Source: an uncultured Chloroflexia bacterium (GTDB taxonomy: Bacteria > Chloroflexota > Limnocylindria > QHBO01). From it: DNA of 64,000 nucleotides. The notes under the pieces were generated by a model, which was given only the letters and a program-made list of their open reading frames with translations, made no database searches and was not told where the DNA came from. Position 1 is the first letter of the stretch. Each line of letters starts with the position of its first letter. The translations under genes were made by a program, and so were the position numbers. The stretch covers positions 71,065 through 135,064 of the forward strand of contig CAVWAU010000001.1 in the NCBI GenBank assembly GCA_963753125.1, given 5' to 3'. Positions 54,634 to 63,683 of the stretch are shown in pieces.

Positions 54634-55485
54634 ATGGGCCGCGGCCGCCTGACTCCCTACCTCCTGCTGGTGCCGGGAGGGCTGTGGCTGCTGGTCTTCT
54701 TCGCCATCCCCATGGCGATCATGCTGAGCGTCTCCCTCCAGGAAGGCTCGCTCGACACGGGCTTCACGCTGACCTGGAACTTCGGGATCTATCCCGAGGT
54801 GATCGCGGAGTTCTGGGACCTGTTCGTGCGCTCGTTCGTGTACGCGTTGCTCACCACGCTCCTGACGATGGCCATCGGCTACCCGATGGCGTACACCATC
54901 GCGTTCCACGGGGGACGGTTCAAGACCGCACTGCTATTCGTCGTCATCCTGCCCTTCTTCGTCAGCTTCGTGATTCGGACCTTGAACTGGCGCATGATCC
55001 TGTCCGACAACGGGCTCGTGTTCGGAACCCTCAAGGACGCGGGGTTGCTCGACCAGGCCTTCCACTTCCTCGCCACTCCGGCATCGGTGATCTTCGGGCT
55101 GACCTACAACTTCCTGCCGTTCATGATCCTGCCGCTGTACGTGGCGCTCGAGAAGATCGACCGGCGGCTCATCGAGGCGGCGACGGACCTCTACGCCAGC
55201 CGCTGGCAGGCCTTCTGGCGGATCACGTTCACGTTGTCGCTGCCCGGCGTGCTAGCCGGATCGCTGCTGACCTTCATCCCCGCCATCGGCGATTTCATCA
55301 ACGCCGAGATCATCGGCGCCGGTAACCCGGACGTGCAGATGATCGGAAACGTCATCCAGTTCAAGTACATCAATGCCAACGACTATCCGGCAGCCGCGGC
55401 GCTCTCGTTCGTCCTCGTCATCGGCGTCACCGTCCTCGTCGTGGCATACAGCCGCGCCTTCGGGACCGATCGGCTGACGACCTGA
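54634..55485 (+). CDS. potB: polyamine-type ABC transporter permease
   Basis: 283-aa ORF, six TM helices, EAA-loop region LEKIDRRLIEAATDLYASRWQAFWRITFTLSLPG. Confidence 0.85.
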   Translation: MGRGRLTPYLLLVPGGLWLLVFFAIPMAIMLSVSLQEGSLDTGFTLTWNFGIYPEVIAEFWDLFVRSFVYALLTTLLTMAIGYPMAYTIAFHGGRFKTALLFVVILPFFVSFVIRTLNWRMILSDNGLVFGTLKDAGLLDQAFHFLATPASVIFGLTYNFLPFMILPLYVALEKIDRRLIEAATDLYASRWQAFWRITFTLSLPGVLAGSLLTFIPAIGDFINAEIIGAGNPDVQMIGNVIQFKYINANDYPAAAALSFVLVIGVTVLVVAYSRAFGTDRLTT

Positions 55486-56315
55486 TGGGCGACACGGGAA
55501 CCTCGCGCGCCCTCCTACGGGTCTTCACGGCCCTGGTCGTGGTCTTCCTGTTCGCTCCGATCGCGGTAATGATCGTGTTCAGCTTCAACGACCCGGCCGG
55601 GCGGCAGAACATCACCTGGCAGGGCTTCACGTTCGAGCACTACATCGACATCTGGAGCCGGCCGCAGATCACCGGGCCGATGATCACGAGCATCCTCATC
55701 GCTGCCATCTCGACTGTCGTGGCGACGACGTTCGGCACGATGATCGCCCTTGCCCTGTCCCGATACGAATTCCGCGGCCGTGGCGCGATGAACCTGCTGA
55801 TCTTCATTCCCATGACTGCGCCCGAGGTCATCCTGGGCGCGTCGCTGCTGACGATGTGGATCTCGGCCGGGGTCCCGCGCGGATTCCTCACCATCCTCGT
55901 TGCCCACGTGATGTTCAACATCAGCTACGTCGTGGTCACGCTGCGCCCGCGCCTCGTCGGCTTCAACCGTTCGCTCGAGGAGGCCGGCATGGATCTCTAC
56001 GCCAACGAGCGGGTGACGTTCTGGCGCGTCACCTTCCCGCTCATCTTCCCGGGGATCCTCGCGGCGGCGCTTCTCGCATTCGCGCTCTCCATCGACGACT
56101 ACGTGATCACGCTATTCAACGCCGGGCGGACCGTCACATTCCCCCTCTGGGTCTTCGGAGCCAGTCGCGTCGGCATCCCGCCCGAGGTCAATGTGCTCGG
56201 AACCCTCATCTTCCTCGTCGCCATCGCCTTCATCGGCGTCCAGCTTTGGAGCCAGCGCCAGGCGGCGGACGTGCGACGAGTGGCGACCGCGGCGGCGGCG
56301 CCGTCCGCGCCATGA
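55485..56315 (+). CDS. potC: polyamine-type ABC transporter permease
   Basis: 276-aa ORF. EAA-loop FNRSLEEAGMDLYANERVTFWRVTFPLIFPG. Start abuts the potB stop. Confidence 0.85.
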   Translation: MGDTGTSRALLRVFTALVVVFLFAPIAVMIVFSFNDPAGRQNITWQGFTFEHYIDIWSRPQITGPMITSILIAAISTVVATTFGTMIALALSRYEFRGRGAMNLLIFIPMTAPEVILGASLLTMWISAGVPRGFLTILVAHVMFNISYVVVTLRPRLVGFNRSLEEAGMDLYANERVTFWRVTFPLIFPGILAAALLAFALSIDDYVITLFNAGRTVTFPLWVFGASRVGIPPEVNVLGTLIFLVAIAFIGVQLWSQRQAADVRRVATAAAAPSAP

Positions 56316-57097
56316 CCTACTTCATCGGCGAGGCGGCGCGCCGGGTGGGAGTGTCCGCGTCCGCCCTGCGGCTGTGGGAGCGCCAGGGGCTGGTCAGGCC
56401 GATGCGAAGCCGATCGCGCTACCGCCTCTACAGCGACGCCGACCTCGACCACCTGCGCGGCGTGCGCCGGCTGCGCCAGGTCGACCGCCTCAACGCTCCC
56501 GGCATCCGGCGCGTGCTGCGCGACTCGGTCGCCTCGCCACAGCACCCCGAGCGCCGCGTGGACGGTCGGCCACTGCGCCGGCTGCGCCACGAGCTCGGCC
56601 TGAGCCTGCGCGAGGCGGGCGAGCGCAGCGGGCTATCGGTCAGCTTCCTGTCGGCCATCGAGCGTGGCGTGGCTGGGGCCAGCATCTCCTCGCTCCAGCG
56701 CCTGGCAGCGGCCTATGGCACGACCCTCCAGGACGTCTTCGCCGCACCCGGTGGCGCGCACGCGCGGCTGGTTCCGGCGGGCGAGCGGCCGGTCCTGCGC
56801 GTCGGCGGCCCGACGGTCCGCATCGAGCAGCTTGCCCGCGGCGCCGCCCTGCTCGAGCCGCAGCTGTTCGTGCTGGCGCCAGGCGCAAGCAGCGAGGGCG
56901 ATTACGCCCACGACGGCGAGGAGTTCCTCTACCTGCTCTCCGGGGCGCTGACCGTGTGGGTCGGCGACGACGAGACCCATCGGCTCGAGCGCCCCGGCGA
57001 CGCGCTCACCTTCCCCTCGACCCTTCCGCATCGCTGGCGGAACGACGCCCGCACGGAGACACGGCTGCTGTGGATCAACACGCCACCGACCTTCTGA
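56312..57097 (+). CDS. three-domain transcriptional regulator: MerR-type HTH plus XRE-type HTH plus cupin sensor
   Basis: ATG 56312 (ATGA overlap with potC) inside track ORF 55856..57097. MTYFIGEAARRVGVSASALRLWERQGLV (MerR HTH), LRRLRHELGLSLREAGERSGLSVSFLSAIERG (XRE HTH), EEFLYLLSGALTVWVGDDETHRLERPGDALTFPSTLPHRW (cupin). Confidence 0.8.
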   Translation: MTYFIGEAARRVGVSASALRLWERQGLVRPMRSRSRYRLYSDADLDHLRGVRRLRQVDRLNAPGIRRVLRDSVASPQHPERRVDGRPLRRLRHELGLSLREAGERSGLSVSFLSAIERGVAGASISSLQRLAAAYGTTLQDVFAAPGGAHARLVPAGERPVLRVGGPTVRIEQLARGAALLEPQLFVLAPGASSEGDYAHDGEEFLYLLSGALTVWVGDDETHRLERPGDALTFPSTLPHRWRNDARTETRLLWINTPPTF

Positions 57098-58359
57098 CCG
57101 ACTGGAGCGTACTGCGCGACGGCGTCCCGCCGGTGTGGGCGCGCTACACCGACCTCGTCGTCGAGCGCGCCTCGGGCTGCTGGATCACCACGATCGACGG
57201 CGAGCGCTACCTCGACTACACCAGCGGCATCGGGGTCACCAACACCGGCCACGCCCACCCGCGGGTCGTGGCGGCCATCGCCGAGCAGGCCGCCCGCGGC
57301 ATCCACCTCCAGCAGAACATCGTCTATCACCAGCCGGGATTGGACCTCCACAGGCGTCTGCCGCAGCGCTTCCCGAACGCCCGGACCGATACGGCCTACG
57401 GCCTCTTCCTCTCGAACTCGGGAGCCGAGGCGGTCGAGGCCGCCGTGAAGCTGGCCAAGGTCGCGACCGGCCGACAGCTGGTCGTCGCCTTCCGCGGTGG
57501 CTTCCACGGCCGCACCCACGGTGCGATGGCGCTCACCAGCTCCACGGTGAAGTACCGCGCTCACTTCGAGCCGCTGATGGGTGGCGTGCAGCACGTCCCC
57601 TACCCCTATCCGCTGCGCATGGGCGGGACCGAAGCGGCCCTGGCCGCCACGCTGGCGGCGATCGACGAGCTGTTCGCCACCACCGCGGCGCCGGACGACG
57701 TGGCTGCGTTCGTGGTCGAGCCGGTGCTCGGCGAGGGCGGGTACGTGGTCCCGCCGGACGGCTTCCTGCCCGCTTTGCGCGCCGTGGCCGACCGCCACGG
57801 CATCCTGCTCGCCGTCGACGAGGTGCAGTCCGGCTTCGCCAGAACGGGGCGCTTCTTCGCCACCGATTGGACCGATTCGACTCCCGACATCGTGATCATG
57901 GCCAAGGGCATCGCCTCGGGACTGCCGCTGTCGGGCATCCTCGCCGCCCGCTCGCTGCTCGATCGGCTCGAGCCCGGCACCCACGGCGGGACGTACGGCG
58001 GCAACGCGGTCGCGTGCTCGGCCGCGCTGGCGACGCTGGACGTCATCGACGACGAAGGGCTGGCCGAGCGGGCGCATCGGCTCGGAGCGCGCCTCCTCGA
58101 CGGCCTGCGCGAGCGGGTCGGCGGTAGCGCATCGGTCCTGGAGGCTCGAGGACGGGGCCTGATGGTCGCCATCGAGCTCGATTCGGGCGCGCTGGCCAAG
58201 CGCATCCTGGCCGAGTCACTGGCGAGGAACTTGCTGCTGCTCAGCTGCGGCACCTACGGCCAGGTCGTGCGTATCATTCCGCCGCTCGTCACGACCGAGG
58301 ATGAGGTCGACCTCGCCATCGGGGTCATCGGTGACGCGCTCGCGGCGAGCGAAGCCTGA
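57070..58359 (+). CDS. class-III PLP-dependent aminotransferase (GABA/putrescine aminotransferase-like)
   Basis: GTG 57070 (uncertain start) inside track ORF 56191..58359. SGIGVTNTGHAHPRVV, FLSNSGAEAVEAAVKLA, AVDEVQSGFARTGRFFA, IMAKGIASGLPLSG (PLP Lys). Confidence 0.85.
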   Translation: MDQHATDLLTDWSVLRDGVPPVWARYTDLVVERASGCWITTIDGERYLDYTSGIGVTNTGHAHPRVVAAIAEQAARGIHLQQNIVYHQPGLDLHRRLPQRFPNARTDTAYGLFLSNSGAEAVEAAVKLAKVATGRQLVVAFRGGFHGRTHGAMALTSSTVKYRAHFEPLMGGVQHVPYPYPLRMGGTEAALAATLAAIDELFATTAAPDDVAAFVVEPVLGEGGYVVPPDGFLPALRAVADRHGILLAVDEVQSGFARTGRFFATDWTDSTPDIVIMAKGIASGLPLSGILAARSLLDRLEPGTHGGTYGGNAVACSAALATLDVIDDEGLAERAHRLGARLLDGLRERVGGSASVLEARGRGLMVAIELDSGALAKRILAESLARNLLLLSCGTYGQVVRIIPPLVTTEDEVDLAIGVIGDALAASEA

Positions 58360-58371
58360 ACGGAGGTCTGC

Positions 58372-58752
58372 ATGGCGCATCGGGTCTGGGTCGTCGACGA
58401 CGAGCCGCTCATCCGCACAGCGATGATGGCCGTCCTGACCGAGGTGGGCCACGAGCCGCGTGGGTTCGCCGACGCCGAGGAGCTCTACACCGCCCTCGTG
58501 GAGGAGGGCACCATTCCCGACCTTTTGGTGCTCGATCAGCGGCTGCCCGACGAGTACGGCTCGACAATCGCCCACTCGCTGCGCGAGCGTCCCCAGTACC
58601 GCGACATCCCGGTCATCTTCGTGACCGCCATCGACGACGAGGAGGCCAACCGCCTCGAGGCCATCGCCCCGGTGGTCCGCAAGCCGTTCGACTTCGCCGA
58701 CTTCGTCGAGGCCGTCCGTGCGCAATTGGAGCAGACCGAGGCGACCGGCTGA
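58372..58752 (+). CDS. single-domain response regulator (receiver only)
   Basis: 126-aa ORF. VWVVDDEPLIR..DLLVLDQRLPDEYG..VVRKPF. Confidence 0.8.
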   Translation: MAHRVWVVDDEPLIRTAMMAVLTEVGHEPRGFADAEELYTALVEEGTIPDLLVLDQRLPDEYGSTIAHSLRERPQYRDIPVIFVTAIDDEEANRLEAIAPVVRKPFDFADFVEAVRAQLEQTEATG

Positions 58753-58806
58753 ATCGGCCTTCGTGCGGGCCATTTCGGGCGCAAGCAGCCGGTATGCTCT
58801 CGCCCG

Positions 58807-60006
58807 ATGATCCGCACCACGCCGTTCCACGAGCGGACCAGCGCGCTGAACGAGACGGGCCTGTGGCAGCACTGGTCCGGGCACGTGGTCGTGACGCGCT
58901 ACCAGGCGTCGGACAAGTTCGAGTACTTCGCGGTCCGCAACGGCGTCGGCATCTTCGACACCTCGCCGCTGTACAAGTACCGCATCGCGGGGCGGGACGC
59001 CGAGCGTTTCCTGTCCGGCATGCTGGCGCGTGACATCCGCCGCTGCCCGCCCGGGAATGCCCATTACACGACCTGGCTCGACGATCGCGGCTTCGTCCTC
59101 GAGGACGGTGTCATCCAGCACCGCGAATCCGACGAGTTCCTGCTGACCGCAGCGGAGCCGAACTTCGCCTGGTTCGCCGACCGGGCCGGCCGGCTGGCCG
59201 TGACGATCGAGGAGGTCAGCCTGGACATCGGAACGCTGGCCGTGCAGGGGCCACGCTCGCGTGATCTGCTGGCACGCCTGATTCCGTCGGTGAGCGAGCT
59301 GCCCTTCTTCGGCATCACCACCGGCACCATCGGCGGGCGGGCCGTCACCGTGAGCCGCACCGGCTATACCGGCGACCTCGGATACGAGATCTGGGTCGAC
59401 GCGCCGGACGCGGTGACCGTCTGGGACGGCGTCTGGGATGCGGCCGATGGCATCGGCATGCTGCCGTACGGGATGGGCGCGCTGTACATGCTCCGCATCG
59501 AGGCCGGGCTGCTGCTGCTGGGCGCCGACTTCGACTCCAGCCGCTTCGCCTTCAATGATCTCCATCGGTCCACGCCGCTGGAGCTCGGCTGGGCGTGGAT
59601 GTTCAAGGGACTCGAAGAGGACGACCGCCCGTTTATCGGCCGTCGGGCGCTGGAGCGCGAGCGCGCGGAGAAGACGTCACGGTGGCGGATGGTGGGCCTG
59701 GTGGTCGATTGGCTGGACTACGACCGGGTCTACAGCGGAGCCGGCCTGATCCCACCCAAGGACCACCGGCCGGTCCACGAGGACTGGATGGTGTACGACG
59801 CGGATCGGTCACGCGTCGGCTACGCGACCAGCATCATGTACTCGCCGGTGCTGCAACAGCACATCGCGCTGGCCCGCGTGCGACCGGACCTGGCCAAGGC
59901 TGGCACTCGCGTCTTCCTGGAGTTCACGGTGGACCACCATTACGAGCAGGTAGCCGCGCACGTGGCGCGGCTGCCCCTCTTCAACCCTGAGCGCAAGGCC
60001 GCCTGA
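58807..60006 (+). CDS. aminomethyltransferase (GcvT) family protein
   Basis: 399-aa ORF. TPFHERT..., GIFDTSPLYKYRIAGRDAERFL, VSRTGYTGDLGYEIW, PLELGWAWMF. Confidence 0.85.
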   Translation: MIRTTPFHERTSALNETGLWQHWSGHVVVTRYQASDKFEYFAVRNGVGIFDTSPLYKYRIAGRDAERFLSGMLARDIRRCPPGNAHYTTWLDDRGFVLEDGVIQHRESDEFLLTAAEPNFAWFADRAGRLAVTIEEVSLDIGTLAVQGPRSRDLLARLIPSVSELPFFGITTGTIGGRAVTVSRTGYTGDLGYEIWVDAPDAVTVWDGVWDAADGIGMLPYGMGALYMLRIEAGLLLLGADFDSSRFAFNDLHRSTPLELGWAWMFKGLEEDDRPFIGRRALERERAEKTSRWRMVGLVVDWLDYDRVYSGAGLIPPKDHRPVHEDWMVYDADRSRVGYATSIMYSPVLQQHIALARVRPDLAKAGTRVFLEFTVDHHYEQVAAHVARLPLFNPERKAA

Positions 60007-60013
60007 TGGGCCG

Positions 60014-61633
60014 ATGAGCATGGACCGATACGACGCGATCGTCGTCGGCGGCGGCCATAACGGCCTGGTCAACGGCGCCTACCTGGCCAAGGCCGGCCTG
60101 CGGACGCTGATCCTGGAACGCAGACACCTGGTCGGCGGCGCCGCCATCACCGAGGAGCTGCGTCCCGGCTTCCAGTTCACGACGTTCAGCTATGCCCTCT
60201 CGCTGCTGCGGCCGCAGATCATCCAGGAGCTCGAGCTGCCAAAGCACGGCTTCCTGCCGTTGCTGATGGCGACCCGCTTCGCGCCGGGCGAGGATGGCGA
60301 GTACCTCCTCTTCAACCGCGATCACGACGAGACCCTGCGCGAGATCGCCCGCATCTCTCCCCACGACGCCGATGCCTACGAGCAGTACAGCCATGACCTC
60401 GATCGCGTCTGCCAGGCGATCAAGCCGCTGCTCGACACGGTGCCGCCTGACCTCTTCAGCGACGACCCGGAGGAGCTGGTCGCCCTGGCGGCCCTCGGCT
60501 CGCGGTTGCGCGGCCTGGACAAGCGGACGCTGCACAACGCGGTGCGGCTGCTCACCGGCAGCGCCGCCGACTTCCTCGACGACTACTTCGACTCGACCCT
60601 GCTCAAGGGCTACCTGGCCTCGTCGTCGATCATCGGCTCGAAGGTGGGACCGCGCTCGCAGGGCTCGGGGCTCGTGCTGCTCTTCCACTCCCTCGGTGAG
60701 CACGACGGCGAGTTCGGAACGTGGGCCTTCCACAAGGGCGGCAACGGCGGCTTCACCCAGGTGCTGGCCCGCGCGGCGGATTCGTTCGGCGCGGAGATCC
60801 GGACCGAGGCGCCGGTCGAGCGCGTCCTGACCCGCGACGGCGAGGCGACCGGCGTGGCCCTGTCCGACGGAACCGAGATCGCCGCCGAGGTCGTGGTCAG
60901 CGCGCTGGACCCGCGGCGCACCTTCCTGGAGCTGGTCGACCCGCGCGAGCTGCCCGACGACCTCGTCGAGGACATCGGCCGCCTCAAGTTCCAGGGCGTC
61001 AGCTCGAAGGTGAACTTCGCGCTGGACGCGCTGCCGTCGCACCCGGAGCTCGGCGCTCGCCCGGACCTGTACCGCGGCTTCATGAACATCGGTCCGTCGA
61101 TCGACTACCTCGAGCATGCCTTCGATGACGCGAAGTACGGCTGGTACAGCGAGCATCCGTACATCGACTGCGCCATCCAATCGACCATCGACCCGGACAT
61201 GGCGCCGCCCGGCAAGCACGTCCTCTCCTGCTTCGTGCAGTACACCCCATACCACCTGCGCGAGAGCGACTGGGACGCGGAGCGCGAGCGGATGGCGGAT
61301 CGGGCGCAGGCCGCGCTCGAGCGCTACTTTCCCGGCTTCGGGGACCTCGTCCTGCAACGCGAGGTGCAGACGCCGCTGGACATCGAGCGCACGGTCGGCC
61401 TGTCAGAGGGAAACATCTTCGCCGGTGAGCTCCTCGCGCCGCAGATGTTCTTCTTCCGCCCCGCGCCGGGCTGGTCGCAGTACCGGACCCCGATCGCGGG
61501 GTACTACCAGTGCGGCTCCGGAACCCACCCCGGCGGCTGCGTGATGGGAGCGCCCGGACGCCTGGCGGCCGGCCAGATCCTCAACGATCGGCGCTCGGCC
61601 CGTCAGGGCGCCGACTCCGCCAGCTCGCGATAG
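60014..61633 (+). CDS. NAD(P)/FAD-dependent oxidoreductase of the phytoene-desaturase (CrtI-like) family
   Basis: 539-aa ORF. YDAIVVGGGHNGLVNGAYLAKAGLRTLILERR dinucleotide motif, C-terminal YYQCGSGTHPGGCVMGAPG. Confidence 0.85.
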   Translation: MSMDRYDAIVVGGGHNGLVNGAYLAKAGLRTLILERRHLVGGAAITEELRPGFQFTTFSYALSLLRPQIIQELELPKHGFLPLLMATRFAPGEDGEYLLFNRDHDETLREIARISPHDADAYEQYSHDLDRVCQAIKPLLDTVPPDLFSDDPEELVALAALGSRLRGLDKRTLHNAVRLLTGSAADFLDDYFDSTLLKGYLASSSIIGSKVGPRSQGSGLVLLFHSLGEHDGEFGTWAFHKGGNGGFTQVLARAADSFGAEIRTEAPVERVLTRDGEATGVALSDGTEIAAEVVVSALDPRRTFLELVDPRELPDDLVEDIGRLKFQGVSSKVNFALDALPSHPELGARPDLYRGFMNIGPSIDYLEHAFDDAKYGWYSEHPYIDCAIQSTIDPDMAPPGKHVLSCFVQYTPYHLRESDWDAERERMADRAQAALERYFPGFGDLVLQREVQTPLDIERTVGLSEGNIFAGELLAPQMFFFRPAPGWSQYRTPIAGYYQCGSGTHPGGCVMGAPGRLAAGQILNDRRSARQGADSASSR

Positions 61634-62103
61634 CCCGACGCGTACCACAGCAGCGGCTCGGCATCGGTGCGGTAGCCGGCGGCCACGATCTCGCCGATGA
61701 AGATGGCGTGGTCCCCGCCGTCGTGGCGCGCGCTGAGCCGGCAGTCGAAGTAGGCCAGCGCGTCCTCGAGGATCGGCGAGCCGGTCTCGGCCTCGTGCCA
61801 GGCCGCGTCGCAGAAGCGTTGGAGCTTCTGGGCGGTCGTCGGCTGGGCGAAGCACTCGGCCAACTCGCGTTGATCGCGGCTGAGCACGCTCACCGCGAAC
61901 GCGTGCGAGCCGACGATCGCGCCGTGCGTCTCCGCCTTGCGCGCGATGCTGGCCATCATCAGCGGCGGATCGATGCTGATGCTGGCGATGGCGTTGGCGG
62001 TCATGCCCGCCAGCAGCGGCCCGTGGCGGGCGGCGACGACCGTCACGCCGGTCGCGAACCGGCCCATCAGCGCCCGCAGCCGGGCTCGCTCCGCCTCCTC
62101 CAT
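61603..62103 (-). CDS. flavin reductase family protein
   Basis: ATG 62103 inside track ORF 61603..62235. LMGRFATGVTVVAARHGPLLAGMTANAIASISIDPPLMMASI...GDHAIFIGEIV. Confidence 0.8.
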   Translation of the reverse strand: MEEAERARLRALMGRFATGVTVVAARHGPLLAGMTANAIASISIDPPLMMASIARKAETHGAIVGSHAFAVSVLSRDQRELAECFAQPTTAQKLQRFCDAAWHEAETGSPILEDALAYFDCRLSARHDGGDHAIFIGEIVAAGYRTDAEPLLWYASGYRELAESAP

Positions 62104-62107
62104 CGGT

Positions 62108-62953
62108 CTAGGCGGCCGGCACGCCGGCCAGACGGGTGAGCGACAGGAAGAGGCGGTAGAAGGCGTCGCCGTCGTCGGCTTCGAATCCGACCGTGCGGGC
62201 GCCGAGCCGCTCGGTCCCGGGCACGACGGCGGCATAGTCGGCCATCACCGGCAGCCGGAAGTCGAGCTCGCCTCGCAGCGGCGGCTCCGGCCGGTAGGTT
62301 TCCATCTCGTCCAGCCGGCCGATGGCGCGGGCCATCCCCTGGCGGATCGCGTCCTGCGCCGAGGCCGGCGAGAGCGAGTCGGCCGCGCTGTAGCCGAGCG
62401 CGCGCTTGACGACCACGCGCTCCGCCCACGGCAGCAGCTCGGCGACCTCGGCGGCCAGCGCGTCGTCGCCGGCCACCAGGATGACCGGCACGGCGTGATG
62501 GCCCAGGCGGATCGCGTTGATGCCCGCCTCGTTGTGCGGCCGGCCGTTGACCCGCAGCTCGAGCACGCTCGCCGAGGAGTAGGTGTGGCCGATGACCCCG
62601 CGCTCGCTGCCGGCCCCGGCGTGGTAGCCGATGAAGGCGGCGCCGTCGAACTCTCCGTCTCCTTCGCCACCAATGCCCTGGGTCATCGACAGCGGCTTGT
62701 CGCCGATGACGAGCCGCGCGCCGGCCGCGAGCTCCTCCGCGCGCAGGTTGCGCATCTGCCAGTGGCTGTCGTTGACGACGACCTCGTCGGCGCCGGAGCC
62801 CAGGGCACCAACGATCGCCGCGTTGGCCTCGCCGGCCATGAGCGCGCGGCTGCGGTCGTAGTCGGTGCGGTCGACACCGGGCCCGAAGCTGACCTGGTGG
62901 GCGTGCGCCACCCCGGCCAGCCCCTCCATGTCGACGCTCAGGTAGATCCGCAT
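62108..62953 (-). CDS. M55-family D-aminopeptidase (DppA-type)
   Basis: 281-aa ORF. MRIYLSVDMEGLAGV..., VVVNDSHWQMRNL, FIGYHAGAG, HTYSS. Confidence 0.85.
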   Translation of the reverse strand: MRIYLSVDMEGLAGVAHAHQVSFGPGVDRTDYDRSRALMAGEANAAIVGALGSGADEVVVNDSHWQMRNLRAEELAAGARLVIGDKPLSMTQGIGGEGDGEFDGAAFIGYHAGAGSERGVIGHTYSSASVLELRVNGRPHNEAGINAIRLGHHAVPVILVAGDDALAAEVAELLPWAERVVVKRALGYSAADSLSPASAQDAIRQGMARAIGRLDEMETYRPEPPLRGELDFRLPVMADYAAVVPGTERLGARTVGFEADDGDAFYRLFLSLTRLAGVPAA

Positions 62954-62956
62954 CGC

Positions 62957-63259
62957 TCAGCGGTACCGTTCGAGCTTCTCGAGGATGCCGCTGGTGGTGG
63001 CCCAGTCCTCGTCGGTGGGCGCCTCGCCGCGGTGGAGGTGGAAGAGCGGCACCGAGTTCCAGCACGGTCCGTCGACGCGCGGCAGGTGGACGCTCAGGTC
63101 GCCGCGGTCGAGGGCGGCCACCAGGGTCGCGCCCTGCTCGCCACCGCGCGCCAGGGCGCGCTGGAGGCTGTCGGCGAAGTCCTCGGGACTGCCGAACTCG
63201 AGGCCGATGCGCATGCCGGCCAGCCCGGTCTCCGGCGGCCGGTTCCCGCGATCGCTCAC
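62957..63259 (-). CDS. hypothetical protein
   Basis: 100-aa ORF. GTG start overlaps the upstream stop (GTGA). No family recognised. Confidence 0.45.
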   Translation of the reverse strand: MSDRGNRPPETGLAGMRIGLEFGSPEDFADSLQRALARGGEQGATLVAALDRGDLSVHLPRVDGPCWNSVPLFHLHRGEAPTDEDWATTSGILEKLERYR

Positions 63260-63669
63260 GCCAGCAGCCGGGTCAGCCAGGTGAAGACGACCGCGGAGCC
63301 GATGACGGCGAAGGCAAGCGTCAGCAGGAGCAGCGCGCCGCCGATGATCGAGGCCCAGAGCGGCACGCGGGTCCCCTCCGGCATCGGTCGCTGGTCGGGC
63401 GGAAGCTGCGCCAGCGAGCCGGCTCCGAGCCAGACCGCGAGGGCGTCGCCGTCGATGCGCACCTCGACCTCGTCGTCGAGCGGCATGATCACGAGGCGCT
63501 CGCCGGTGGCCAGCTTGTCGGTGGTGAGGAGCGCTCGAGCACGCTCGCCCGGCGTCGTCTCGCGCACGAGCACCGCGTGGTCACCGGCAGCGGTCAGGGC
63601 CAGCGCCTCGAGGCGTCCGGAGCGGCCCACGGGCAGGCTCGCCGGGGTGGCGTCGCTGCTCGGCTCCAT
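63256..63669 (-). CDS. hypothetical protein with C-terminal TM anchor
   Basis: ATG 63669 inside track ORF 63256..63999. MEPSSDATPASLPVGRSGRLEALALTAAGDHAVLV... ending in IIGGALLLLTLAFAVIGSAVVFTWL. Confidence 0.5.
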   Translation of the reverse strand: MEPSSDATPASLPVGRSGRLEALALTAAGDHAVLVRETTPGERARALLTTDKLATGERLVIMPLDDEVEVRIDGDALAVWLGAGSLAQLPPDQRPMPEGTRVPLWASIIGGALLLLTLAFAVIGSAVVFTWLTRLLA

Positions 63670-63683
63670 TCGGCCCGATGGTA

